Shown here: positions 14,225 to 30,884 of the stretch, piece after piece
Layout of the letters: each line of letters opens with the position of its first letter
How positions within the stretch are numbered: the first letter of the stretch is position 1
From: the human T2T-CHM13v2.0 reference genome, Homo sapiens
Length of the DNA: 64,000 nucleotides
Assembly (NCBI RefSeq): GCF_009914755.1
Contig: NC_060926.1
Direction: 5' to 3' (one strand)
Notes under the pieces: generated by a model
The model's input: the letters and a program-made list of their open reading frames with translations, nothing else
What the model was told of the DNA's origin: nothing
Databases searched by the model: none
Made by a program: the position numbers and the translations under genes

Positions 14225-14677
14225 TAGATAACCTGATGACTACGTGCCTTGGTGATAATCTTTTTGTGATAAATTTCCCAGGAGTTATTTGAGCTTCTTG
14301 TATTTGGATGTCTATAACTCCAGCAAGGGCAGGGAAGTTTTCCTTGATTATTCCCTCAAATAAGTTCTCCAAACTTTTAGACTTCTCTTTTCCTTCAAGA
14401 ACACCAATTATTCATAGGTTTGGCCATTTTACATAATCCCATATTTCTTAGAAACTTTGTTCATTCTTTTAAAATTCTTCTTTCTTTGTCTTTGTCTGAT
14501 TGGGTTAATTAAAAAGCCTTGTGTATGAGCTCTGAAATTCTTTCTTCTACTTGTTCTAGTCATTGTTGAAACTTTCCATGTGTTTTGTGTTTTCCTAAGT
14601 GTGTCTTTCATTTCCAGAATTTGTTTTTCTCTTTATGATTTCTATTTCTCTGGAAAATTATTTGTTCATATCATGAA

Positions 14678-14733
14678 TTGTTTTTTAAAATTACTTTGAG
14701 TTGTTTTTTAAAATTACTTTGAGTTGTTTTTTA
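14678..14733. repeat. Perfect 23-bp tandem duplication
   Basis: ttgttttttaaaattactttgag x2 plus 10 bp of a third copy. Confidence 0.95.
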
Positions 14734-15811
14734 CCTTTCTCTGGTATCTCCTTGAGTAGCTTAATAATCAATCTTCTGAATTCTTTTTCTAGCATTTCAG
14801 AGATTTCTTCTTGGTTTGGATCCATTGCTGGGGAGCTAGTAGTCTTTTGGGAGTGTTACAGAACTTTGTTTTGTCATATTACCAGAATTGCTTTTCTGTT
14901 CTTTCTTATTTGAGTAGACTATTTCTTAAAATTGTTCTTGAATTTATTTTTGATTGGACCGTTTTTTAAAATTTCTTTTTTTTCCTCTTAAGAATCAGAC
15001 TTTAATGTTTATAATTTATTTTAGCCTCATTTGATTCTTGCTGTTTGTAGGGGTGAAGACTCTGAATAAGTTCCTTAGTTACAGAGAGTCTTTGTGTGCT
15101 GGCTTTCCCAGATGCTGGTTGCAGTATTTATGTACTTGGTGTGTGGGCAAGTTTACCGTCTTCGATGGAGTTGGAATGGTAGGGATCTCTTAAAGCTTGT
15201 TATCTTGTGGTATGTGCTTTACTTATTTATTTAATTTTTACAGAGTATTTGATTTACTGAGTTGATAATTCATGCTTCATGCCGATAGGGGAAATATCCT
15301 TGGGTAGGGACCAGTTGTAGCTAAGACAGGTGGGTAAATGTAATACCCAATGATGGTCAGAAGTCCAAGCCTTGATGAAGGTGGTTGGGGGATCTCTCAA
15401 TTAGATGTGCTAAGGTTTTATCAGGGTGAAGAATGGGAACTACCCCAGCTCCCCTGCTAGGCCAGCAGGAAAGCTAACCAACTCACAGCCTTCACCTGTC
15501 CCAGTGTTCTGGCTATTCAGATCAGACAGGCACCTCTTTTCATCTGTAGGAATGTTGATGTCCCAAGTAGGGAGGAATTGTGACTTGCAGACTAATTTGA
15601 AACAACTTTCTTTGCTCATCCATAAGAAGCAGCTCCTCATTCATTCAATTTTGTCACGAGATTGCAGCAATTCAGTCACATTTTCAGGTTCCATTTATAA
15701 TTCTAGTTCTCTACTACTTCCACCACATCTGCAGTTACTTTCTCCACTGAAGTCTTGAACCCCTCAAAATCACCAATGAGAATTTGAATCAACTTCTTTC
15801 AAACTCCTGTT

Positions 15812-16951
15812 TTTGTTTTTTTTTTTTAACTTTTAAGTTCAAGGGTACACGTGCATGATTTGCATTTTTGCTACATAGGTAAAAGTGTGTCATTGGTGTT
15901 TGTTCTACAGGTTATTTCATCACCCAGGTATTAAGCCTAAAATCAATTAGTTATTTTTCCTGATCCTCTCCCTTCTCCTACCCTACACCCTCCAGTAGTA
16001 CCTAGTGTGCATTCTTCCCCTCTATGTGTTCATGTGTTCTCGTCATTCAGCTCCCACTTATAAGTGAGAACATGCGCCATCTGGTTTTCCGTTCCTGTAT
16101 TAGTTTGTTAAGGATGATGGCCTCCAGCTCCATCTATGTCCCTGTGAAAAACATGATCTCATTCTTTTTTATGGCTGCATAGTATTTGGCAGTGTATATG
16201 TACCACATTTTCTTTATCCAGTCTATCACTGATGGGCATTTAGATTGATTCCATGTCTTTGCTATTCTGAATAGTGCTGCAATGAACATATGCATGCATG
16301 TGTCTTTATAGCAGAATGATTTATATTTCTTTGGGTATATACCCAGTAATGGGATTGCTGGGTTGAATGGTAATTCTGTCTTTAGGTCTTTGAGGTGGAT
16401 TTGTCATACTGTCTTCCACAATGGTTGAACTTATTTACACTCCGACCAGCAGTGTAAGAGTGTTCCTTTTTCTCCCCAACCTCACTAGCATCTGTTATTT
16501 CTTGTCATTTTAATAATAACTATTCTGACTGACGTGAGATGGTATCTCATTGTGGTTTTGATTTGCATTTCTCTAATGGTCAGTGATATTGAGCTTTTTT
16601 TCATATGATTGTTGGCCATATGTATGTCTTCTTTTGAGAAGTGTCTGTTCACATCCTCTATTCACTTTTTAATGGGGTTGTTTTTTTCTTGTAAATTTGT
16701 TTAAGTTCTTTATAAATGCTGGATATTAGACCTTTGTTGGATACATAGTTTGCAAAAACTTTCTCCCATTCTGTAGGTTGTCTCTTTACTCTGATAATAG
16801 TTTCTTTTGCTGTGCAGAAGCTCTTTAATTAGGTCCCATTCGTTAATTTTTGCTTTGATTGCGATTGCTTTTGGCGTCTTCATTATGAAATCTTTGCCCG
16901 TGCCTATGTCCTGAATGGTATTTCCTAGGTTTTCTTCTAGGGTTTTTATAG
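15812..16951 (-). mobile_element. 5'-truncated L1PA (L1PA13-like) inserted in Tigger1
   Basis: T tail, ttatttcatcacccaggtattaagcct 3' UTR, ORF2 C-terminal [15 protein letters not shown]; TSD tcaaactcctgtt at 15799 and 16952. Confidence 0.92.
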
Positions 16952-17246
16952 TCAAACTCCTGTTAATGCTAATATTTTTCCCTCCTGTCATAAATCATAA
17001 ATATTCTTAATGGTATCTAGCATGGCAAATTCTTTCCAGAGGTTTTAAATTTACTTTGCCCATATCCATCAGAGGAATCACTATCTATGGCAGCTATAGC
17101 CTAACTAAATGTATTTCTTAAATAGCAAGACTTGAAAGTTGAAATTACTCCTTGATACATGGATGTTGTGTTAGCAAGCATGAAAACAATATTAATTTTC
17201 TTGTACATCTTCATCAGAGCTCTTGGGTGAACAGGTGCCTTGTTAA

Positions 17247-17486
17247 TTAGCAGTAATATTTTAACAAATATTTTTTTCTGAGAAGTAGGTTTCCTCCAAT
17301 ACTGGGCTTACAATATTCAGTATACCATGCTGTAAACAGATGCACTGTCATCCAGGCTTTGTTGTTCCATTTATAGAGCGCAGACAGAGTAGGTTTAGCA
17401 TAATTTTGAAGGGACCTAGGATTTTCAAAATGGCCAATGAGCACTGGCTTCAACTTGAAGTCACCAGCTGCATTAGCTCCTAACAA
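17247..17486 (-). pseudogene. Tigger1 transposase DDE-domain remnant
   Basis: ORF-track peptide [24 protein letters not shown]...[11 protein letters not shown]; flanked by frameshifts and stops. Confidence 0.85.
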
Positions 17487-17848
17487 GAGAGTCAGCCTGT
17501 TTTTTGAAGCTTTGGAGCCAAACTTTGACTTTTCTTTAGCTATGAAAATCTTAGTTGGTATCTTCTTTCAATGTAAGGCTGCTTGGGCTGTAATGAAAAT
17601 CTGTTGTTAGTTTAGACATCTTCATCAATGATCTTAGCTACATCCTCTGGATAACTTGCTGCAGCTTCTATATCAGCACTTGCTGCTTCACCTTGCACTT
17701 TTATGTTATGGAGGTGGCTTCTTTCCTTAAACCTCATGACTCAATCTCTGTTAGCTTCTAACCTTTCTTCTGCAGCTTCCTCATCTCTCTCAGCCTTCAA
17801 TAAATTGAAGAGAGTTGGGGCCTTGGTGTGGATTAGGCTTTGGCTTAA

Positions 17849-18131
<283 letters not shown>

Positions 18132-19659
18132 GTTGTGGCTTGTTTGATCTTCTATTAAACAAGCCACAGACCATTAAAACTTTCTCTATATCATCAAGAA
18201 GGGTGTTTCACTTTCTTATTATTTGTATGTTTACTGGAGTATCACTTTTAATTCCCTTCAAGAGGCTTTTACAACCTTGATAGCTGTTTGGTGCAAGAGG
18301 CCTAGATTTTGGCCAACCTTGGCTTTCAAAATGCCTTCCTCACTAAGCTTAATCATTTCTAGATTTTAAGTGAGAGACCTGTGATTCTTCCTTTCACTTG
18401 AACACTAAATGCCATTGTAGGGTTATTAATTGGCCTAATTTGAATATTGTTGTGTCTCACAAAAAGGGGAGGCCTGAGGAAAGGGAGAAAGATGGGGGAA
18501 TGGCTGGTTCGTGCAGTCAGAATACATATACAACGTTGATCAGTGAAGTTCACCATCTTATAAGGGTGTGATTGGTGGTGCCCCAAAACAATTACAACAG
18601 TAACATCAATGGCCACTAATCACAGATTACTATAGTGATGTAATAGTAATGAAAAAGTTAGAAATATTGTGGAAATCACCCAAAGGTGACACAGAGACAC
18701 AAAGTGAGCACATTCTGTTGGAAAATGGCACTGACAGACTTGCCTGAGGCAGGGTTTCCACAAATTTTCAATTGCTTAAAAAAATGCCATATCTGTGAAG
18801 CACGATAAAGCAAAGTGCAATAAAGTGAGGTGTGCTTGTATATTTGAGAGGTGTGGGGGGATTCCTGGTGCTTTTCTAATTATATAACATAAGAAGGTCA
18901 TAAAGAGCTGTTTGAGATGTGAACATTGGAAGGATACTCAATCATATTTTTTTCCAGGAAAAATATATTCAAGCTTGTATATATCCTAATAGGATTGATA
19001 AGCAAACTATAGTTTTGAATGTGAAATTGACTAATGAGAACTTTGTTTGCTAATCCTTTCACATGTCATTGGAAATAGACTTAAATATTTAGGAAATTTG
19101 ACAATGGTAGTGCTTTTAGGAGCAAAGCCTTAGTAAATTGGAGGATTGGGGGGATGTTCTATGAAGTGCATAGACAGACTTCAAATCACGGTGAAGTTGC
19201 TGAAGTGACACCAATGGATTAATTGAAGAATTTTCATGACCATATCTGAAGCAGGAATCATATATCAATCTCATATTTAAAGAATGGACTGCTCTTCTAT
19301 TTTACAAAATGATTTTCCATTTTGGGGTTGAAGTGTATATTGGTAAAAGCAAAATTTAGAGCTCCCTGAACTGCTAGAAAATGACTGGAGTTTCATAAAA
19401 CTCATAAACAGCATGGGATTGCTGCCTCACCTCCAGGAGGAAGGGAGCACATATTGATTAGTTTTCTTTCAGGCATCTGCTGTAAATTTGAAATAAGCCA
19501 GCTCCTAACAGGGTTATTGATGCTGTGATTGTTTTTCTTTTTGCCTCCCACTTTAGATGGTGCTCTCAATTATGTGAGTGCCCAAAGAAAATGAGACAAG
19601 AGAAAGATAGAAAAAGGGAAATGGCAGTAGGAAATGCCCACCACATTTAAGATACAGAG

Positions 19660-19755
19660 ATCAGCACAGTGTGGTGGAGGAAGCACAGACTTGGGCAATA
19701 GGCAGGCTGTGGTTCAAATCTTGCTGTGCCCCAGCTCACCTGTGTAGCTGCCCAT
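19660..19755 (+). mobile_element. MIR 5' fragment
   Basis: cagtgtggtggaggaagcacagacttggg...ggttcaaatcttgctgtgcc. Confidence 0.6.
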
Positions 19756-21544
19756 CATCACTCCTGTGCTTCCTTAGCAAAGCGAAGGGAGCAGAACACC
19801 TCCGTCCAGACTTGGCCTCCCTGGATCCCAGCCTGACAGAGTGGTCTTTCTGATACACCAGGAATGACAGGAAACGGGGTTCTTCTTGTGGGCTTGGTAA
19901 GACTCAATGTAGTCACTTGGGACACCAGAAGAGAATGAATCATTGAATTACACACTGAGAAAACCTATTACTTCCAAAACCCAGCCAGCATCCACTCTGG
20001 CTGAATAAAGCCATTAGATGGGTCAGTTCATTGTTTTAGCCAAGTGGATAATTCTCTCATCCTGAAAGAACGATCGCTTTGGGTTTATGTTCTAACTCAC
20101 ACAACATGCAGGGTTTATAAGTTAGAGCGTTAATTAAAATTTTATTACTTGATATAAATCAATGTTTCAAAGTGCCTTCTATAAATGTAAGGCAATCTTT
20201 AAAAAAAGTCTCCATACCAGCCTAGAAGCTGCCATAACCTGGCTTTCAGAGGCATTTTGACCACCAATAGGTTGAAATTGCCTTTTGAGGGAATTGGATG
20301 AGTCACATCCTGATATTTGACTGACAGGTTTTCTCCTGAGGAAAAGCTGCAGCTGTGAGAACAAGGATGGATTAGTTGGGCTGAGTTTGTGAGTTCGCCT
20401 TTTCATAACTGAAATAGATACATATTTCCAAGGGAATTAGTGATTAGAAATGGTGCAGTGGCCTGGCCAGCTCCAGTCTGGTGGTGTACCTCTCATGGGC
20501 TGTGCTGCTGTCTCTGCTCTCCCTTCTGGGGCAAGACTGCTGTGTCCTTCCTCAGTGATTCCTGGACCAATTCCTACATTTGATGCATGTGGTTCTCTGA
20601 GCTGGGAATAGCCTGCAGGGTTTGCTTGGTTGAAGTTTCCATATTCAGCTTCACTCGAGGCAGCTCAGAAGTAAAGGCTATGCTTATGTTGGCGAGGAGT
20701 ATACTTTAATGTTTAGAATTGAAAAATAGACACCTCAAACCTCTATATTTATAAAAGTAAATGCTTCTGAGGCAGGGAAAGAATTGCAACTACATCATAA
20801 GAACCAAACCTGTAGTTCAGCCCCCTCCATTCAGTTTCTCAGTATTTGTTATAAAGCCTGTGAGACTGATCACCTCAACAATCAATCAGTGTTGGTTCTT
20901 AATTTGTAGTCATCCTACTTTTTCCTAAGGCCAAGGCCTCATTGTCAGTCTCCCTTTGGAATCTTATGATAACTTAAAAAAAGACCAAGTCACACTTGGC
21001 TCACAGGTCTTCAGGGATGTCATTGATCCTTGCATAGATCCCAGGTGGAATCTGGGATATCTCCTGAGCACAGTCTTCTCTCAATTTCAGGCTCTTTCTG
21101 TCATCATCACAAATAGGGCGTCTGCAAACTGGAGTCAGCCTGTCTGTGACTGTCACTTGGTCACATATGTTCCCATTTCCCATTATCTCCTAGTGAGCTC
21201 ATGGCATCTTGGCACATTCACCCTGATGTCTTGCATTTGAGTATACCCATGCTATATCAGACAAGTAAACTGCATGATATAGATGACACATCAGTTAAGT
21301 GAAAATCCAAATATTTTAAGGCAAAGGGATTTGGCATCATCTGTGGCTTCACTGAATGCTAAGAGTTTGTAGAGCAAATGTGAGTAAACTTGCTTAGTCC
21401 TGGAGCAAACCTGACTCCACATTCTTGGCTCTGATCTAGGTCTCCCAGGTCTGATGGAACCCCGCTCAGCATTATTGTCATAATGTGGTTCTGTTGTTGG
21501 TGGGTTCTCACAAGACCACCTCCCTGGGAGTAACTGGCACACAT

Positions 21545-21905
21545 CACTGCTGGGCATCAATGTCTGCTCTTCCTTCCCTTGTGGACACATGGACATCACA
21601 CTGCCCACCCTCTGCAGTTAGATTGTGCCTGTGAAATGAGGGTAGACATGATGTGTGCTGATCTGGGCTGAGGCAGTGACAAGCCTACATGTGATTCTCT
21701 TAGTTTCTCTCTTCTCTGCTGCAGTGAGCTTGGAAAACTCCTGCAGATGTGCAGATCCATAAGACCAAAGCACCCTGGATCACCAAAGTCCCAGGGAGCC
21801 ACCCAGCTCCACACAGGAGTGAGCAAGAAATAGACTTCTGTTATGTTAAACTATTGATATTTTGGGGTTGTTACTATAGTGTATGCTTGTCCTATCCTGA
21901 TAACT
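21545..21905 (+). mobile_element. MLT1I/J-like old MaLR LTR
   Basis: gtgagcaagaaatagacttctgttatgttaaactattgatattttggggttgttactatag 3' signature. Confidence 0.75.
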
Positions 21906-22289
21906 GTGATAAAAAGCACATTGGTATGATGTGGTATGTGTGTGTGGGTGTGTGCACATAGCTGTGAGTGAGTCTTCAAAGGGACATGCAAGAGTGAGTC
22001 CTCAAAGAACATTCCACGGTTAGATGAAGATGGTGACCTATAAAAGGAAGGGCTTGGTTTTCCAGCAGGACTCAAGGAAACCCATCACTGAGAAGTGGAT
22101 GCCATAGGACAGAAATCCAAAGTAGTAGGAGGGCTATAGAGGAACATTCAAAGCAGAAAAATGTATAATGTATATGGATTTACAGATTGGTCTATGATAT
22201 TTGGTTTGTAAGAAATGGAACAATTCATCATGTTTCAAAAGCACATCAAACCCAATTTAAGCAACCACTTGGCAAGGATGTTTCTAAGG

Positions 22290-22717
22290 GTAGATGCTCA
22301 CACCCCCTTGGGCCTTATTATTTTAGTGCATGATTTTAAAATGCCAGGGCTATTGCCTGAGGGTTATCTTGGGTGACCAGAGCCAGCTCTGCCCACTGGA
22401 AATGTCAGAACTAACACACCCTTCTCAGGTGTTGGTGTCTCTCAGCCAGTGAGCGAAGGGAGCGAGTGCATGGATAGGCTTGGCTTCCTGTGCTGTGTGC
22501 TGTGGGCTTACTGTGTCCCAGAGCTCCTGCGCAGGGCTAAGCTCCAGTCACCCACACTGGCACCCTGTTTGATAATACACCCTTTGTTGGGCTTCTTTTC
22601 TGACTTTTCTTCTTCTCCACTCCCCTGCTGAGGTATCTTGGGGTCACTTTCCAAAAAACTCTGCATGCTCAAATGCTTATCTCAGGCTTTGCTTCTCAGG
22701 AAAGCCAAACTATGACA
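22290..22717 (+). mobile_element. LTR16-family ERVL LTR
   Basis: cccagagctcc..agggctaagctccagtcacccac and end ctcaggctttgcttctcaggaaagccaaactatgaca. Confidence 0.75.
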
Positions 22718-23319
22718 ATTTTTTTTTTTTTTTGAGAATGACTGTCCACATCAGCTGATGTAAAAGGAAACCAAGAAAAGTGATTTTGCATTCTTGCATT
22801 GAAAAAGAGTGATGATCATGTACATATTGGCTCCTATTGGCATTGTGCTCCATAATTTGTAAAATGGAATCAAAATGACCACCTTGTGAGGCAGATTTTA
22901 TCTCAGTTTTACAGAAGAACTATTGGAATTTCAAAGAAGTTTCGTGACTTTGCTAAAAGAGAGAGTTTGCAGCCTGTGGAGTTCTGGTTCTGGGCGAAAT
23001 GGAGATCATGAGGAATGGGAAACAAAAGGGGAATCCTTTGGAGGCTGTCTTGCGGGTCGTGCCTCTGCCTGTGCCTTCCCACTCCAGAGAATTCAGCTGA
23101 TCATCTCCATTCAGCAGCAGGGGCTATGTTTTTGTGAGACTTGGTTTGGCATAAAATAGGTACACTTTGTGTCCCATTCTGTGCAACTCAATTCATGAGG
23201 TTCTGAAGGTCCTTCCCACAGATAACCTCACTTCGAGCCTAACCAGTATTTTTATCCTTAATTTTACACAGATCTTCATACACTTGGGTCCTGGATTTTA
23301 ATTTGGAATATATGGTTTC

Positions 23320-23695
23320 CATACTAGTTTGTTAGGGCTGCCTTAACCCAGGCCCATTGAGTGGGTGGTTTAAACAGCAGAAATTTATTTTCTCACAATT
23401 CTGGAGGCTAGAAGTTTAAGATCAAGGTGTTGGCAGGGTTGGTTTCTTCTGAGGCCTCTTTCCTTGGCTTGCAGATGGCGGTCTTCTCCTTGGGTCTTCA
23501 CATGGTCTACTGTGCTTGTCTGTGTCTTAATCTCTTCTTCTTATAAAGAAACCAGTTATAGTGGATTAAGGCCCACTCATTTTATTTGGATAATCTCTAT
23601 AAAGGCCCTAGCTCCAAATACAGTCACATTCTGAGGTTCTACAGGCTAATATTTCAAAAAAGGAATTATAAAGGGATACATTTCAGCTCATAACA
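23320..23695 (-). mobile_element. MLT1B-like LTR
   Basis: agaaatttattttctcacaattctggaggctagaag...ccaaatacagtcacattctgagg...cataaca. Confidence 0.85.
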
Positions 23696-24429
23696 GTCTT
23701 TATAAATCAGGGTTCTGGGAATTTCATTCCAAAAGAAGTCTGACCTCACCTTTTCTACCAGCATTATTGGGTTGGAAGTTCTTTGGCAGCATATCTTCAG
23801 GAACTCTTTAATTTTTTTTCATGTGTAATAGTGTTGATTATGCACCTCCTATGGGTTAGGCCCTATGAATGGAAGATGAAACATGCTTGAATAAGGGTCA
23901 AGATGTAGTGGGAGAGGGTGAGTCTGTGTGTCCTGTGCTAAGAGGTATGGTATGCTAGAGCTCGAGCAAAGACAAAGGCATTCCTTTTCCCCTCTCTCCA
24001 CCAGGTCTGTCTGATGTCCTATTCACAGCATTCCTCTCGGTGTTTCTGGGTGCTAAACTGCTCATATCCCTGCCTGCCAAACAGGATGTCTCAGCCCCTC
24101 TCCACCAGTGAGCTGAGGTCAGCAGAACTGAGGATCCTGAGCTGACAAGAGAAGAAGTTAAAGTTGGGAAACTGCTCCCAGGGAGCTCTAGGCAAGGCCT
24201 GAGGCTGGCAGCTTAATGGGGCTGAAATAAGGATTGGGCAGCAGGGCTGGCCAGCCTTAGCTTCCAGGGCCTGTGAAAAGTTCACTGATGGATGGAAAGA
24301 AAGCTACACTTTTGCTCTGAAATGGCACCTTGGGCATAAGCAAACAGCAGAATTTCCTCCCAGGAGTCTGCAGCTTTGAATTCACTTTTGGGGTCAGCTT
24401 TGTTTAGATGATTGCAGGAGTTGAGTCCT

Positions 24430-25486
24430 TTATGAGTCAGGATCTGGTCAGGAACATGGAAACAATACTATGTATTTCATAAAGGGAATTTAATATGGGA
24501 AGTTGGACACACAGGTCTTAGGAGGCTGAATAAGAGCAAAAAGGAAACACTAGGTAAGAACAAAGATGTGTATGAAGAAAACACTGTCCACCCCTAAGGC
24601 TGTGGGAACAAAGGGAGAGGTTAGGATTAACACAAGCTAGTAGCCCAGAGAAGGGTCCCTGCAGAGCCTGGTGCTCCCCAGCTGGAGCTGCTAACCAGGA
24701 GATGGAAGGCCCTGCAGAGCTGGGGCTGAAGCCTTAGCACCTTAGCTCAGAGGAGAGTGTCAGGGAAGCTCAGACCTCTGAGGAGACAGCACTGCCTGAC
24801 TGCTACTGGTACCTTGAAGGGGTCAAAATAAAGTTGGTCTGTAAGTGCTAAAATGCACTGAAGACTGAAATCAACTATTGTTGCTTGAAATAAGGCCATT
24901 CCTGGGGACAATATGGGGCCGTTCCTGGGGGCAAGGAAAGGGGATAGAGCACTTCTCTGCTTCCCCAGCTCCTGTCTGCCAGTCTCCCGCTAGTGGCCGC
25001 TCCGGAGAGAGTTCACCTGACAAAGGAGAAATGAGGTCAGCTGAGTCAGAGTTCTAGGGCCACAAAGCAGAGGCTATTTGGAAGCAAGAGATGATCTTAG
25101 TCATTTTGGGCTGCTATAATGAGATATCAAAAATCTGGGTCGCTTATAAACAACAGAAATGTATTTCTCACAGTTCTGGAGGCTGGGATGTCCAAGGTCA
25201 AGGTACAATGGCTGATTTGGCACCTGGTGAAGGCCCACTTCCTGGTTCATAGATGGTGCCTTCTTGCTGCATCTTCACATGGTAGAGGGGGTAAAACAGC
25301 TCTCTGGGCTCTTTTGTATAAGGGCAGTAGTCCTGTTCATAAGGGATACACTCTTATGACCTAATTAACTTCCAAAGATCTCATCTCCTAATGCCATTGT
25401 CTTTGTGATTAAGTTTCAACATAAGAATTTGGGGGGGACACAAACATTCAGATCATGCTAGAAATCATACCTTAGTAGCTGGCACA
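24430..25486 (-). mobile_element. Ancient ERV-type LTR (LTR78/79-like, tentative), interrupted by MLT1A0
   Basis: gtcaggatctggtcagga...ccacccctaaggctg...caaagcagag; resumes after the MLT as cttagtagctggcaca. Confidence 0.45.
25092..25458 (-). mobile_element. MLT1A/MLT1A0 LTR
   Basis: cttataaacaacagaaatgtatttctcacagttctggaggctggg...ggggacacaaacattcagatc. Confidence 0.88.
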
Positions 25487-25720
25487 GGTTGGACCAGTTC
25501 AGATCTGAGCTGAGCACCTTGAGTTATTCCTAGGAAGGGTAGAGTCTCTGTCGCTAGTGGTCAAAGAACATGGAGATCAGAATCTTGACTTGAAGGTTAG
25601 CTTATGAAGTTCTCCTCTGGTGCAGTGTGAGGAATAAGGACTTAGGAACCACACTGATGTGGATTCACATCCTACCCACCGCTCACCCAGTGTGAGGCTG
25701 TGCATGACATTCAGTGCCTC

Positions 25721-28489
<2,769 letters not shown>

Positions 28490-29364
28490 GCCTCTAAGCT
28501 TGCCTTCCTTTTCTGTTCACTTGTTTCCACCCTCTTCTGTTATTCCTTTTCTGTTAACTTGTTTTCACCCTTTCAATGCTGCACAGTTCATAACATTTCC
28601 CATCTGAGGTCAGGGTGGAATTAGAGTCACAATCATGCCTTCTTGTCCTTGTTGACCAAAAGCAGACTTGTGATGCTGGATTCCTGGCCATCTTTGTCAG
28701 GCATATGCGTTTCTCTCAGGAGTGACACAGGGAGGTAAAGAGTGACCTGGGGCAGGGCTATTCAGTTGGGTGACACCAAATCCTCTCATCATTGTCATGT
28801 GATGTGAACTCTCAAACAGAATAGGGCCAGCCTTGGAATCTCTGTGGAGTGAAAAGCGTGATCCCTTTTCCTAGATAATTAGGCTTTTATTTGCTCCTAA
28901 GCTAATTCACTATAAGAGGGGAAAATACCCCTAAGGTATTGCATTTTAATTCTAATTTTTAATGCATGGTTGAAAGCTCAGTTGGCATGGTTTCAGTCCT
29001 GGTGATGTGCTGGAAGAGCTGTGGTGTCTTTGTGAGGGGATTTAGATGCAATCTTGTTTTCCACCATTGAAGAGAACCCTTTGTTCCTGGGAATGCCCTC
29101 ACACACACATCAGTACACACATGCACCCTCTACACAGATGTTAACACACACAAAATTAGCACAAAATCTTGCAGGAAATTTAAAAAGAGACCCAGATAGA
29201 GAAATGAGATTTGCTAGACAGGCTGTGGTGAGGATCTAAACTGCCTGGGCTGCATTCTCTCTCTGTTTCTGTCTCTCTCTCTCTCTTTTCATTTTCTTTA
29301 AATGTTTCCTTTGTGAGAGATAATTCCTTGACAGAAACAGCCTTCATTTCCTTTTAACTTAGAA

Positions 29365-29625
29365 TAGCATTTCCGCCAAACTGCTCAGGGGAACGTTAGT
29401 TCTGCAGGAGTCTAAGTGAAGTTATGCAGAAAAGACCATTGTGCAGCCAAATAAATTTGGATTGAATCCAGTTAAACAGGTTTCTTTATCACAGAATTCC
29501 TCAGAGCCTTTGTAGGACTAATGTACTCTGTGAACCACCAGAGCGGACTCCCATTCCAGGATTCCTTTCCAGGTTTATCAGCCACCTAACCTCTTCTTCC
29601 TTTCTTTTCTCATGTGGCATCTTCC
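29365..29625. mobile_element. MER103-like hAT-Charlie MITE
   Basis: gttaaacaggtttctttatcacagaattcctcagagccttt...ctaatgtactctgtgaa. Confidence 0.6.
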
Positions 29626-30884
29626 ACTCTCAGTGTCCCAGGGCTGCCACTTTGAGACCCATGTCTCTGCATCCTGTTCCTCTCATTTGTGATAAGGTAT
29701 GGTGGGTGAGAGTGGCACTGTTCAGGGTCGGGAACTTTGCTCTTTGTCTGGGGTAGGAAACTTGACTCTGGTCATAAAAATCTAGGAGGGGATGGGTCCT
29801 AATTCCAAGCACTGGTTTGCCAGTGTGTGTGAATGTCCCCAAGAAAAGATACCTCCCCGCTGGGAGCCCACCTCATGTTTTAAGCTCTGGTAATAGGTCC
29901 TGTTTATTATAGAGTATAGGTGGCTCTGAGTGTAGAGGTGGAGGTGGGTGTAGGAAGATAAGGTAGTGTGGAGAGGAGCTCAATGTCCAAATATTTTGTA
30001 AAAACTCACGTCATTGAGCTGGGTTGAGCCAGTGCTATCCCACTTTTCATTCAGCTAGGAGACTTGGGGTCAGCAGTTAATTTGTAGTTTAAAGGTCTTT
30101 GGTTCTCCATGTTTTTGGAGACCTCAGGAGGCCAAGTCTACTGGGAGTAGGTATGGAGTAACCACATGTTCTGAAGCACCCCTTCACACACATATCCACA
30201 GAACACATCTCAACGCATACACATCCGCATGTGCACAGACATATTCAAACCTAAGCCTGTGTCAGGGTGATCATCTCAGTTAGAAAATTGCAACATTTGC
30301 CCATTTGCTGTTTTAGCCTGTTAAGACTCAGGAAAATGAGATGTGGCAGAAATTTTTGAAATGCTAATTTGGGGGATAAAGAAGCATTTGGTTGATCAAT
30401 CAGAACTATCCCCCTGCTACATTAAACTGGATATTTTCAACTTCCATGCTTTTTTTTTTTCATAAGCCCAGGGAAAGTTCATTACTCCAAGGACAATGAC
30501 AGAAAATGCACAGTGGGCAAGAGGGAGATTTACCTAATTTGTTTTTAAAGGAGTGTTTGGAATTGCAAGCACCAAGGATAGGCTGGAGGCAATTAGCAAG
30601 GCACTGAAGGAATCATGTCTGAGAAAGAAAAAGAATGCAGCGGTATCAGTTACAGTGTACGGAGGAAATTGTCAGCTATAAGCCAAGAGGTAGTAAGCAT
30701 GACTTCTGTGTGATTATCAGAAAGTCTAGTGAGTCTGCTTCTTAACCAAGGAACCATCAGACCAGGCTTATGCACCACTCTCAGGAGAGTTGTGCCTGAT
30801 ACAGCAGTGAACAAAGTTTGGGATGCATGAGGAGACTGCTGCTGATTAGAGAAAAAAAAAATGGTCAAAAGGCAAGATGGAAGC

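Noticed and set aside
24982-24999. CTCF-like motif in old LTR
   Set aside because: Three mismatches at informative core positions.
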